Assembly (NCBI GenBank): GCA_965652295.1
Contig: CBFGTS010000012.1
Location: forward strand, 1 to 64,000
DNA: 64,000 nucleotides
Origin: an uncultured Haloferula sp.
GTDB taxonomy: Bacteria; Verrucomicrobiota; Verrucomicrobiia; Verrucomicrobiales; Akkermansiaceae
Direction: 5' to 3'
Shown: positions 8,237 through 17,992 of the stretch, one piece after another
Numbering within the stretch: the first letter of the stretch is position 1
How the letters are laid out: each line of letters starts with the position of its first letter
The notes under the pieces: model-generated
Seen by the model: the letters and a program-made list of their open reading frames with translations, nothing else
Told to the model about the DNA's origin: nothing
Databases searched by the model: none
Translations under genes and position numbers: made by a program

Positions 8237-8718
8237 CGGGCTTTTTCGCCGCAGAGACGCAGAGGAAAGACAGGAGAACGCAGAGGTTATGGAATATCCG
8301 CATCAGGAACTGACACACCGGATCATCGGGGCTGCCATCGAGGTGCACCAAGAACTGCGGCCCGGCCTTGACGAGAAGGTTTACGAACGGGCGCTGTGCA
8401 TTGAACTGGCAAAGAGAAACATCCCGTTCGAACAGCAGCCGTCCTACGACATTCACTATAAATCCCATTTCCTAGGCCACCTTCAGCCTGATCTGGTGGT
8501 GGACGGAAAAGTGATCGTCGATCCAAAATGCGTGACCGCTTTCACCCCCGCCCATGACGCTCAAATGCTGGGCTACCTCAACATCACACGCCTCGACCTG
8601 GCACTCCTCCTCAACTTCAAGGTATGGCCGCTTGGCAAGAGACGGATCGTTCGCACCATTCATTAAAACCTCTGTGACCTCCTGCCTTTCCTCTGCGCCT
8701 CTGCGGTAACCAAGCCCG
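8237..8718. mobile_element. Putative minimal element: GxxExxY ORF bracketed by 52-bp imperfect inverted repeats, inserted between lutB and lutC
   Basis: Left arm 8237-8288 and right arm 8667-8718 match at 43 of 52 positions by manual alignment; they abut the ATG (8289) and the TAA (8666) exactly. Confidence 0.6.
8289..8666 (+). CDS. GxxExxY family protein (PD-(D/E)XK-like fold)
   Basis: IIGAAIEVHQELRPGLDEKVYERAL (G-L-D-E-K-V-Y), PDLVVDGKVIVDPK, HDAQMLGYL, LLLNF. Confidence 0.93.
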   Translation: MEYPHQELTHRIIGAAIEVHQELRPGLDEKVYERALCIELAKRNIPFEQQPSYDIHYKSHFLGHLQPDLVVDGKVIVDPKCVTAFTPAHDAQMLGYLNITRLDLALLLNFKVWPLGKRRIVRTIH

Positions 8719-8730
8719 ACCCCACCCACC

Positions 8731-9339
8731 ATGTCCCGCGACACCTTATTTTCCAAGATCCGCTCCGCCCTCGAACCGATCGCCGACAAGGCCGGCCATC
8801 CGGGGTTTGAAAGCGAAGCCATCGTTTCCGACAGCCGGCTCACCGGCAGCCTCCACGAAGCGTTCGAGCGCAACCTGAAGGCGGTGAATGGCCGCTTCAT
8901 GGACTCGCCGACGAGTCTCATCACCTTCCTCAACGAGCAGGGCTGCACGCGGGGTTACTGTGACCCGGCGTTGATGGATGCCATTGGCAAGGCCCTCGCC
9001 GAGGCGGGGATCGAGGTGCTCACCCACTACGACCGCGCGAACTACGAGGACTACCGTTTCGGCATCACCCGCGCCACCGGGGCCATCGCCGAGACCGGCT
9101 CGATCATCCTCGACGACGCACTCACCACCGACCGCCTCGCCGCGCTTTCGCCGTGGGTCCACATCGCCGTGCTCAGTGGGGCGGAGATCCACCGCTCCAT
9201 CCCGGATGCCTTGGAAAACCTCGGCCCCAGCCGCAATGTCATCTGGGTCACGGGGCCATCCAAAACCGCCGATGTCGAAGGCATCCTGATCGAGGGCGTC
9301 CACGGCCCCGGCGAGCAGGTCGCCTACCTCATCGACTGA
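8731..9339 (+). CDS. lutC: L-lactate utilisation protein C (LUD domain)
   Basis: GAIAETGSI, HIAVL, VTGPSKTADVEGILIEGVHGP. Confidence 0.9.
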   Translation: MSRDTLFSKIRSALEPIADKAGHPGFESEAIVSDSRLTGSLHEAFERNLKAVNGRFMDSPTSLITFLNEQGCTRGYCDPALMDAIGKALAEAGIEVLTHYDRANYEDYRFGITRATGAIAETGSIILDDALTTDRLAALSPWVHIAVLSGAEIHRSIPDALENLGPSRNVIWVTGPSKTADVEGILIEGVHGPGEQVAYLID

Positions 9340-9387
9340 ATCCACCGCCGCAACTTCGTCCTCGCCCACGGGTTGTGGGCGTGAAGC

Positions 9388-10023
9388 ATGGAAGCAACCG
9401 CCCCACAGGCCGGGCTGTTCGAAATGGCGGAGCCCTCATCCCAGTCGATCGATCCCGACAACGAGCGCGACGTCGCCCTGATGGTGCGCATCGCCACGGG
9501 TGACGAGGTGGCGTTCCGCGCCCTCGTCGAGCGACACCAGCATGTGGTGGTGGGCATGATCGCCCGCATGCTCAACGACCCGATCGAGGCAGAGGACCTC
9601 GCCCAGCGGGTGTTTCTCCGCGTCTGGAAACACGCCAAACGCTGGAAGCCCGAGGCCAAGTTCACCACCTACCTTTTCACCATCGCCCGCAATCTCGTTT
9701 ACAACGAAAGCCGCCGGCGCTCGCGGAAACGGGAGGTTTCGTCCGACCAGCGCAGCGACGACTTCGGCGCGGAGACCGCGGCCGAGTCGCGGATCGAGCC
9801 CGATGCCGAAACGCTGCGCAACGAGATGCACGACGAGATCGACCGGGCCATCGCCTCGCTGCCGGAGAACCAGCGGGCCGCCGTGGTTCTCTACGCTTAC
9901 GAATCCCTGCCCTACGACGAGATCGCCCGGGTTCTGGGGACTTCGGTTTCCTCGGTGAAAAGCCTGATTTTCCGCGGTCGCACGACCCTCAGGGAGAAGC
10001 TGGCGCACTTTACGGGATACTGA
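9388..10023 (+). CDS. ECF RNA polymerase sigma-70 factor
   Basis: GDEVAFRALVERH, EAEDLAQRVFLRVW, FTTYLFTIARN, LPENQRAAV..YDEIARVLGTSVSSVKSLIFRGR. Confidence 0.92.
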   Translation: MEATAPQAGLFEMAEPSSQSIDPDNERDVALMVRIATGDEVAFRALVERHQHVVVGMIARMLNDPIEAEDLAQRVFLRVWKHAKRWKPEAKFTTYLFTIARNLVYNESRRRSRKREVSSDQRSDDFGAETAAESRIEPDAETLRNEMHDEIDRAIASLPENQRAAVVLYAYESLPYDEIARVLGTSVSSVKSLIFRGRTTLREKLAHFTGY

Positions 10024-10186
10024 GATCCATCCCCACCACTTTTCCCTTTTTCCCTTTTCCTCGTCACCCGCCCCTCCTGCCGGGCGCTCCCCACCCCCTT
10101 TCCGGGCTTGATCACCCTGCGCCGCCCCGCCCGGCGAAATTCCTTGGGCAGGCGTGCCGGGGCGTGCTCTCCTGCGGCAGGACGCG

Positions 10187-11203
10187 ATGAGCGAGAATTT
10201 CTACCAGAAAACCACCGCCGAACCGAAGAGCAGCTTCGATGTTTCCCTGCGTCCGCCGGTGTTCTCCGAGTTCATCGGGCAGGAGAAGATCAAGGAGCGG
10301 CTCCTTCTGATGGTCGAGGCCGCCGCCAAGCGCGGCGACGTGCTCGACCACGTCCTGCTCTCCGGCCCGCCGGGGCTCGGCAAGACCACCCTCGCCAACA
10401 TCATCGCCCGCGCTTCCGGGGCGCAGCTCCACACGACCTCCGGGCCTCAGATTGAGAAAGCGGGCGACCTCGCCGGCGTTCTCACCAATCTCCAGAAGGG
10501 CGACGTGCTTTTCATCGACGAAATCCACCGCCTCCACCCCGCGATCGAGGAGTATCTCTACCCAGCGATGGAGGACTTCCGGCTGGATATCATCATCGAC
10601 TCCGGCCCGTCCGCGCGCTCGATCCAGCTCAACCTGCCGCGCTTCACCCTGGTCGGTGCCACCACCCGCTCCGGGATGCTGACCGCGCCGCTGCGCTCGC
10701 GTTTCGGCCTGGTCAACCGGCTCGACTACTACACTCATGAGGAGCTCGCGCGGATCGTCGACCGTTCGGCCGGCCTGCTCGACATCCCGGTCACCCCGGA
10801 GGGTGCGCTCCAGATCGCCGCCCGCTCGCGCGGCACCCCGCGGGTCTGCAACGCGCTGCTGCGCTGGGTGCGGGATTTCGCCCAGGTCCGCGGTGACGGA
10901 ACCATCGACGGCCCGATCGCCGACCAGGCGCTGACCATGATCGAGATCGATGCCGACGGCCTCGATGAGATGGACAAGCGCCTGCTCGAAGCCCTGATCT
11001 ACAAGTTCCAGGGCGGGCCGGTCGGCCTCGGCTCGCTGGCGGTGGCGGTCGGTGAGGACGCCTCGACCCTTGAGGAAGTCCACGAGCCCTTCCTCATTCT
11101 CCAGGGCTTCCTGCAGCGCACACCCCGCGGCCGGATCGCCCTGCCCGCCGCCTACACCAAGATCGGCGCGGCACCGCCGTCCGGGCAAGCGAACCTGCTT
11201 TGA
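10187..11203 (+). CDS. ruvB: Holliday junction branch migration helicase RuvB
   Basis: [43 protein letters not shown]. Confidence 0.97.
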   Translation: MSENFYQKTTAEPKSSFDVSLRPPVFSEFIGQEKIKERLLLMVEAAAKRGDVLDHVLLSGPPGLGKTTLANIIARASGAQLHTTSGPQIEKAGDLAGVLTNLQKGDVLFIDEIHRLHPAIEEYLYPAMEDFRLDIIIDSGPSARSIQLNLPRFTLVGATTRSGMLTAPLRSRFGLVNRLDYYTHEELARIVDRSAGLLDIPVTPEGALQIAARSRGTPRVCNALLRWVRDFAQVRGDGTIDGPIADQALTMIEIDADGLDEMDKRLLEALIYKFQGGPVGLGSLAVAVGEDASTLEEVHEPFLILQGFLQRTPRGRIALPAAYTKIGAAPPSGQANLL

Positions 11204-11276
11204 GAAAAGCGATACCTTGTACGGGGTAATCGCCCTCACCGGCGAATCCGGCGATGATGCCTGGGCTCTTCCCAAG

Positions 11277-13148
11277 ATGATGTTCCGCTATCTCGCCGCC
11301 CTTCTCCTCGCACTTCCGGCGTCTGCCCTGGAAACCCGGATGCGGGACGGCTCGGCGACCCTGCAGGACGACCTCCTGTCCGCTACCATCGCCAACCGCG
11401 ACGGCCGGATCGTCTCGCTGAAATGGAAGGACAAGGAGCTGATCCGCGGCGACCGGGGCTATTGGTCGCTCACCGGAAACTCCGGTCGCTCCCGGCTCAT
11501 CCGTTTCCCCGAACCCGCGACCGTCCGGATCACCGCCGATCCCGCGGAAAACGGCGGCAAGCTCGCCCGCATCAGCGTCGAATGCCCCGCCACGGGCCGC
11601 GAGGACGAGCTGCCGGTGGACACCACCTTCCACTACTGCCTCGTCCCCGGCGGCGCGGGCCTCTATCTCTACGCCGAGCTGCGCCACCCGGCGGGCCACC
11701 CGGGTTTCCGCCTCGTCGAGGGCCGCTTCGTCATCAAGCCGGACCCGGCGGTGTTCGACTACATCCACATCGACGACCGCCGCAGCAGGATCGCTCCGCG
11801 GGGCGAGGACTGGGATGCGGCGTCACCCTCCAACCTCAAGGAGGCGCGTCACCTCGAAACCGGCCTGCACGCCGGCCACGTGGAGCACAAGTACGGCTAC
11901 TCCGCCCTCTTCTCCGAATCCCCGGCCTACGGCTGGTGCAGTACCAAAGACAAGCTCGGCCTGTGGATGGTCCATCCCTCCTTGGAATCGATCGCCGGAG
12001 GACCCACCAAGCCGGAACTCACCGCCCACCTCGACGTCAACCCCGGCGGACGCCCGGTGCTGCTCAACATGTGGCACGGCAGTCACTACGGCGGCACGGT
12101 GCTGGAGGTCGATGAGAATGAAACGTGGTCGAAGGTCATCGGCCCCTTTCTCCTGCACGTCAACGAAGGCGCGGAGCCGGGAGCACTCGCCGCGGCAGCT
12201 CTGGAAACCGCGCGGCGTGAGAGTGCCGCATGGCCTTACGATTGGCTGGACTCCAACCTCTACGCCGCCGACTCCCGGCGCGAGGTCCGCGGCCGCATCC
12301 GTCCGCCTGTCTCATCGGACGCCGGTTCCGCCCCGCTGTGGGTCGGGCTCACGGCACCCGACTATGAAATCCGGGACCGGAAGCGGGCCACCGCCGTCGA
12401 TTGGCAGCGCGACGGCAAACACTACCAATACTGGACCCGCGCGGCGGCCGACGGGTCCTTCCGTCTGCCGTCGGTGCGCGATGGCGCCTACACGCTTCAC
12501 GCTTTCCAAGCCGGCGTGCTCGGCGAGTTCTCGCGCGCGGATGTCGCCGTCTCCTCCGACGCCGACCTCGGTGAAATGGAATGGGTCCCGGAGCGCGAGG
12601 GCCCGACCGTGTGGGAGATCGGCATTCCCGACCGTTCCGCCGCCGAGTTTTTCCATGGCGACCGCTATTGGAAGTGGGGCAGCTACTACGACTACCAGAG
12701 TTTGTTCCCCGACGACGTGGATTTCCATGTGGGAACGAGCAACTGGAAGAAGGACTGGTTCTTCTGCCAGCCGCCACGCCTGGACGAGGACGGGCGCGTG
12801 AAAGATCCCAGCACGTGGACGGTCCGTTTCGATCTCGATGAGAAGCCCGCCGACCACCTGCTGCGGATTTCACTCTGCGGCTATCGCGGCGGCGGGAACC
12901 TGCGGGTTTCCCTGAACGGCGCACCCATCGGCGAAACAGGCGTCCTGCCGGAAAACGGCGTGATGCACCGTGACGGCATCCGCGGCATCCAGCGCACTTG
13001 GTCTTTCCCGCTGCCCGCCGACCGGCTGCGGTCGGGCGAGAACCTCATCACCCTGCGCTCGCACGCAACAGAGTGGCACCACGGGATTCTTTACGACTAC
13101 CTTCGCCTCGAACGCCCGGAAGCCCCCGTGGCGGCGACCAACCGATAA
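11277..13148 (+). CDS. Rhamnogalacturonan endolyase, polysaccharide lyase family 4, secreted
   Basis: Signal peptide; VEHKYGYS, GGPTKPEL, WHGSHYGG, YQYWTRA, WEIGIPDRSAAEF, GILYDYLRLE. Confidence 0.85.
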   Translation: MMFRYLAALLLALPASALETRMRDGSATLQDDLLSATIANRDGRIVSLKWKDKELIRGDRGYWSLTGNSGRSRLIRFPEPATVRITADPAENGGKLARISVECPATGREDELPVDTTFHYCLVPGGAGLYLYAELRHPAGHPGFRLVEGRFVIKPDPAVFDYIHIDDRRSRIAPRGEDWDAASPSNLKEARHLETGLHAGHVEHKYGYSALFSESPAYGWCSTKDKLGLWMVHPSLESIAGGPTKPELTAHLDVNPGGRPVLLNMWHGSHYGGTVLEVDENETWSKVIGPFLLHVNEGAEPGALAAAALETARRESAAWPYDWLDSNLYAADSRREVRGRIRPPVSSDAGSAPLWVGLTAPDYEIRDRKRATAVDWQRDGKHYQYWTRAAADGSFRLPSVRDGAYTLHAFQAGVLGEFSRADVAVSSDADLGEMEWVPEREGPTVWEIGIPDRSAAEFFHGDRYWKWGSYYDYQSLFPDDVDFHVGTSNWKKDWFFCQPPRLDEDGRVKDPSTWTVRFDLDEKPADHLLRISLCGYRGGGNLRVSLNGAPIGETGVLPENGVMHRDGIRGIQRTWSFPLPADRLRSGENLITLRSHATEWHHGILYDYLRLERPEAPVAATNR

Positions 13149-13153
13149 GTTTG

Positions 13154-15691
13154 ATGAAACACCTTCTCTCCCTGCTGCTCTGCCTCGCCCCTCTTTCCGC
13201 CACCGAGCCCGATACCGCCAAACCCTGGACCCGCTGGTGGTGGCTGGGCAGCGGCGTCGATGAGAAGAACCTGACCCGCCAGCTCGAGAGTTTCGCCAAG
13301 GCCGGCATCGGGGGTGTGGAGATCTGCCCGATCTACGGGGCCCAGGGCTATGAAGACCGCGACCTGGATTTCCTCTCCGACGAGTGGATCGAAATGCTCG
13401 ACCACACCTCGAAGGAATGCGCGCGGCTCGGACTGGGGCTCGATCTGACCACCGGAACCGGCTGGCCATTCGGCGGTCCGTGGGTCGATGCCGAGCATGC
13501 CTCCCACACGCTCGTTCCGGTGAGAAAGGACGTCGCGGCGGGCGATGTCGTGCTGGAACTACCCGAGGGCCGGCTCGAGTGCTTGCAGGCATTTGCTGGA
13601 TCTTCGGACCCGGTCGACCTGCTTCCTTTCGTCAAGGACGGCGAGCTGCACTGGCAGGCACCGGCCGCATGCCGGATTCTCGGCATCGTCGCGAAATCCC
13701 CGATCCAGCAGGTGAAACGGGCGGCACCGGGTGCCGAGGGCAGCGTCGTCGACCCGTTTTCGCCGCAGGCGCTGGAGGCCTATCTCGCGCGCTTCGACGA
13801 ACCCCTGGCGAAGCTCAAAGCCCCTCAGCCGCGCGCCCATTTCCACGACTCCTTCGAGTACTACGGCGCGAACTGGACTCCGGGATTGCTGGCCGAGTTC
13901 GGAAAAAGACACGGCTATGACCTCGCCGACCGCCTCCCCGCCTTCTTCGGTGAAGCCGACGATGCGGAGAACGCCGAGGTCGCCCACGACTACCGCGAGA
14001 CCCTCGACGCCCTCCACCGCTCCTATCTTGAAACGTGGAACCACTGGGCGAAGAAGCACGGCTCGCTGACCCGCAACCAGGCCCACGGCTCGCCCGGCAA
14101 CCTGCTGGACCACTACGCCGTCGCCGACATCCCGGAGACGGAGATTTTCCGTCACGTCGAAGACCCGCAGATCCCGATGCTGCAATTCGCCGCCTCCGCC
14201 GCCCACGTCACCGGCAAGAACCTCGTCTCGGCCGAGTCGTTCACCTGGCTCGGCGAACACTTTCAGGTGGAGCCGGCGGCTCTCAAGACAGCCGCGGATT
14301 TCCTCTGGCTCGGCGGCGTCAATCACATCGTCTTCCACGGCATGCCCTACACCCCGGAGGACGCGGGCTGGCCCGGATGGCTGTTCTACGCCTCCACCCA
14401 CATGGGTGAACACGGCGGCCTGTGGCGCGATCTTCCCGCCTTCAACGACTACATCCGGACGGTGCAGGCCGGGCTGCAATCCGGTCGACCGGACACCTCC
14501 GTGCTGCTCTACTGGCCGGTCCACGACCTCTGGGCGAAGCCCGCCAAGGCCCTGCCATTGTTCACCCTGCACAACCAGCACGAGTGGCTCCACGGAACCT
14601 CGTTTCACGATGCCGCGATGAGCCTGTGGGAAAACGGCATCCCCTGCGACTTCGTTTCCGACCGGCTGCTGGAGCAGGCCAGCGTGCTCGATGGCGCGAT
14701 CGAACTCGGCGGACTTCGGTTCAAAACGCTCGTCGTGCCGGACCTCGAAAGGCTTCCGGAAGCCACCGCGGAAACTCTGGCGGAGTTGGCCGCCAAGGGT
14801 GCCAGCCTGCGTTTCCTCGGCAAGGTACCGTCCGCCCTGAGAGGACGGACCGAAGCCACGGATCCCGCCTCGCTCATTCCAGCACTTTCCGACGAGGGCA
14901 TTCTCCCTGAACCGATGAGCGCCCGTGACATCCGCTTCGTCCGCCGGGTCGACGGAAAAGAGCACATCTGGTTTCTCGTCAACCACGGCAAGGAACCGCT
15001 CGACGCCTGGATTCCGCTGGGCGTGCCTTTCAAGTCCGCCGTGTTCACCGACCCCTCGCGTCCGGACCGCAGCGGTGCCGCCGAAGTCCGTGATGGGACG
15101 ATCCATCTCCGTCTCGAGCCCGGCGAATCCCGCTTGATGCGATCCTCCTCCGAGGCCGCTGACGCTCCGGCCTGGCGCGATTTCCCCGCTGGCGCCGACG
15201 GCGAGGTCATCGCTGGGCCTTGGAAGATCGAGTTCGTCGAAGGCGGCCCCGATCTCCCGGAGAGTGCGGAAATGACATCGCTCGAGAGCTGGACGACTCT
15301 CGGCGACGAGGCGCGGAACTTTTCCGGCACCGCGCGCTACACCACGACCTTCACCGCGGACGCTGGCTGGTTCGTTCTCGACCTCGGTCAAGTTGCCGAA
15401 ACCTGCCGGGTCACCCTCAACGGTCAACCCCTCGGCTCGTCGTTTTTCCCGCCCCATCGCTTCGATGTCTCCGAGGCGCTGAAACAAGGCGAGAACACGC
15501 TGGAAATCGAAGTCACCAACCTCGCCGCCAACCGCATCGCGGACCTCGATCGCCGCGGTGTGGAATGGAAGGCGTTTCACGAGATCAACTTCGTCAACAT
15601 CGACTACGAACCCTTCGATGCCTCGGACTGGGAGCCGCTTCCTTCAGGTCTTCTCGGCCCCGTGCGCCTGCTCGGTTTCCCGACGAAATAG
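13154..15691 (+). CDS. Alpha-L-rhamnosidase, glycoside hydrolase family 106, secreted
   Basis: KPWTRWWWLG, GIGGVEICPIYG, TGTGWPFGG, FHDSFEYY, RNQAHGSPGN, SAESFTW, PSGLLGPVRL. Confidence 0.85.
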   Translation: MKHLLSLLLCLAPLSATEPDTAKPWTRWWWLGSGVDEKNLTRQLESFAKAGIGGVEICPIYGAQGYEDRDLDFLSDEWIEMLDHTSKECARLGLGLDLTTGTGWPFGGPWVDAEHASHTLVPVRKDVAAGDVVLELPEGRLECLQAFAGSSDPVDLLPFVKDGELHWQAPAACRILGIVAKSPIQQVKRAAPGAEGSVVDPFSPQALEAYLARFDEPLAKLKAPQPRAHFHDSFEYYGANWTPGLLAEFGKRHGYDLADRLPAFFGEADDAENAEVAHDYRETLDALHRSYLETWNHWAKKHGSLTRNQAHGSPGNLLDHYAVADIPETEIFRHVEDPQIPMLQFAASAAHVTGKNLVSAESFTWLGEHFQVEPAALKTAADFLWLGGVNHIVFHGMPYTPEDAGWPGWLFYASTHMGEHGGLWRDLPAFNDYIRTVQAGLQSGRPDTSVLLYWPVHDLWAKPAKALPLFTLHNQHEWLHGTSFHDAAMSLWENGIPCDFVSDRLLEQASVLDGAIELGGLRFKTLVVPDLERLPEATAETLAELAAKGASLRFLGKVPSALRGRTEATDPASLIPALSDEGILPEPMSARDIRFVRRVDGKEHIWFLVNHGKEPLDAWIPLGVPFKSAVFTDPSRPDRSGAAEVRDGTIHLRLEPGESRLMRSSSEAADAPAWRDFPAGADGEVIAGPWKIEFVEGGPDLPESAEMTSLESWTTLGDEARNFSGTARYTTTFTADAGWFVLDLGQVAETCRVTLNGQPLGSSFFPPHRFDVSEALKQGENTLEIEVTNLAANRIADLDRRGVEWKAFHEINFVNIDYEPFDASDWEPLPSGLLGPVRLLGFPTK

Positions 15692-15762
15692 GCCGCCGGT
15701 TTCTATCATACCCGGAAGGGGTATCGATGCCTCCCGCCCGGGTAGGCCAAGCTTCTTCCGGC

Positions 15763-17970
15763 ATGCGGGTTTTTCTGGTTTCACTGCTTCTCACCCTCGC
15801 CGCGATCGCAAAGCCGACGTTGTGGATCATCGGCGATTCCACCGTCCGCAATGGGACCGCGGAGCAGATGGGTTGGGGCGATCCGCTTGTGGCGGAGTTC
15901 GATCCCGCGAGCATCGAGGTGGTGAACCGGGCGATCGGCGGCCGCAGCAGCCGGACCTTTCTGACCGAGGGTCGCTGGGACGCGGTCCTCGCCAACATCC
16001 GCGAGGGCGATTTCGTGCTGATCCAATTCGGCCACAACGACGGCGGGGAGAAATTCACCAGCGACCGGCCGCGGGCGAGCCTCCGTGGCACCGGCGAGGA
16101 GACGGAAACCGGCGTGGTCGAAATGACCGGCGTCGAGGAAACCGTCCACAGCTTCGGCTGGTATCTCCGTCACTACTGCGAGACTGCGAAGTCCAAGGGA
16201 GCTCACCCGGTCGTGGTGTCTCTGATCCCGCGCAACAAACGAGACGACCAAGGTCGCATCCTGCGCAACACGACGAACTACGGAGGCTGGGCGAAAGAGG
16301 CCGCCGCCGCTGAAAACGTGCCCTTCATCGATTTTAACGAGATCCTCGCCACGCGCTATGACCAGCTGGGAAAAGAAGGCACCGACGCGCTGTTCGCGGC
16401 GCCCGACCACACCCACACCTCCCCGGCAGGCGCCGCTTTCAACGCCGCGGTGCTGGCCGGTGAGATCCGCAAACTGGAAGGCTGCGGACTCAAGGATCAC
16501 CTCCGCGATGCCGACTGCTGGCTGCCGCAGGTTTTCTCCGACCACATGGTTCTCCAGCGGGATGCTCCGATTCCCATCTGGGGCCGTACCCGGGCCGGCA
16601 GCGAGATCTCCGTCAGCCTCGCCGGCGAGACGGCCCGCACCACCGCCAATGCTTCCGGCCACTGGTTGGTCGAGCTCCCCGCTCTGCCCGCCGGGGGACC
16701 GCATACCCTCACCGTGAAGGCCGCGACCGAACGGAAGTTCTCCGACGTGATGATCGGCGAGGTGTGGCTCTGCTCCGGGCAGTCGAACATGGACTTCACG
16801 GTCGCCCCCACGGACAAGCGTCCATTTTCCGGCACCACGAACTGGAAGCACGAGGTCGCTGCGGGTGACGCCCCCGCCATCCGCATGTTCACCGCGGAAT
16901 GGACGATGCGGGAACTCCCCCAGCCCGATGTCGAGGGCACGTGGCGCGTGGCCTCGCCCGAGACCGTTCCGGATTTCTCCGCCGTGGCTTGGTTTTTCGG
17001 CCGCGACCTCCACGGCGAACTGAAGGTCCCCGTCGGCCTCATCACTTGCGCCTTCGGTGCAAGCACCGCCGAGGCATGGATCAGCGAGGAAAGGCTCGCC
17101 TCCGAGCCGGACCTCGTCCCTCTCCTCAAGGACTACGAGCGGAAGAAGATCCACTTCCGGGACCATCCCGAACTTTTCACCAAATACGGCGAAGACCGTA
17201 GCAAATGGCAGGCCGGCGGTTCCGAAGGTCGCCCGCCGCGCCACCCGAACCCGGTCATGGACCAGCACAACCCGGGAGTGCTTTTCAATGGCATGCTCCA
17301 CCCTGTGATCCCCTTCGGCATCCGGGGGGCCATCTGGTATCAGGGCGAGTCCAACGTGGGCACCCGGGATCTTTACCCCGCTTTGCAGCGGACGCTCATC
17401 GAGGACTGGCGCTCGCGCTGGGGGCGCGGCGAATTCCCCTTCCTCTTCGTCCAGCTCGCCAGCCACAACCAGGCATCCCGACAGCCCGCGGAGAGCCCGC
17501 TGGCCACGATGCGCGCGGCCCAGGCCACCTCGCTTTCCCTGCCCCACACGGGCATGGCGGTCGCCATCGACATCGGCGACGCCAAGGACATCCACCCGCG
17601 AAACAAGCAGGACGTGGCGCATCGGCTGGCGCGGCTCGCTCTCGCCCACACCTACGCCCGTTCCATCGAGCCCTGCGGTCCCACGATGAAAAAAGCCACC
17701 GTGGAAAATGGTGCCGTCCGTGTTACCTTTGACCACGTCGCCGAGGGCCTGATCGCCAAGGGCGGCGAACTCCGGCACTTCGCCATCGCCGGCACCGACC
17801 GGAAATTCATTTGGGCCGATGCCACGATCGCTGGTGACAGCGTCGTCGTCCGCCACCCGTCCATCCCCGAGCCCGCCTACGTCCGCTACGCGTGGGCGGA
17901 CAATCCCGCCTCCGCGAACCTCTGCAACTCGGAAGGGCTCCCCGCCGCGCCCTTCCGCACCGACCTCTGA
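15763..17970 (+). CDS. Tandem SGNH esterase: rhamnogalacturonan acetylesterase (CE12-like) fused to a sialate O-acetylesterase-like domain
   Basis: Domain 1: IGDSTV, NRAIGGRSSRTF, QFGHND, DHTH. Domain 2: GEVWLCSGQSNM, IWYQGESN, DIHP, VRYAW. Confidence 0.85.
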   Translation: MRVFLVSLLLTLAAIAKPTLWIIGDSTVRNGTAEQMGWGDPLVAEFDPASIEVVNRAIGGRSSRTFLTEGRWDAVLANIREGDFVLIQFGHNDGGEKFTSDRPRASLRGTGEETETGVVEMTGVEETVHSFGWYLRHYCETAKSKGAHPVVVSLIPRNKRDDQGRILRNTTNYGGWAKEAAAAENVPFIDFNEILATRYDQLGKEGTDALFAAPDHTHTSPAGAAFNAAVLAGEIRKLEGCGLKDHLRDADCWLPQVFSDHMVLQRDAPIPIWGRTRAGSEISVSLAGETARTTANASGHWLVELPALPAGGPHTLTVKAATERKFSDVMIGEVWLCSGQSNMDFTVAPTDKRPFSGTTNWKHEVAAGDAPAIRMFTAEWTMRELPQPDVEGTWRVASPETVPDFSAVAWFFGRDLHGELKVPVGLITCAFGASTAEAWISEERLASEPDLVPLLKDYERKKIHFRDHPELFTKYGEDRSKWQAGGSEGRPPRHPNPVMDQHNPGVLFNGMLHPVIPFGIRGAIWYQGESNVGTRDLYPALQRTLIEDWRSRWGRGEFPFLFVQLASHNQASRQPAESPLATMRAAQATSLSLPHTGMAVAIDIGDAKDIHPRNKQDVAHRLARLALAHTYARSIEPCGPTMKKATVENGAVRVTFDHVAEGLIAKGGELRHFAIAGTDRKFIWADATIAGDSVVVRHPSIPEPAYVRYAWADNPASANLCNSEGLPAAPFRTDL

Positions 17971-17992
17971 GCTGAGGTCTTTTTTCCAACCC

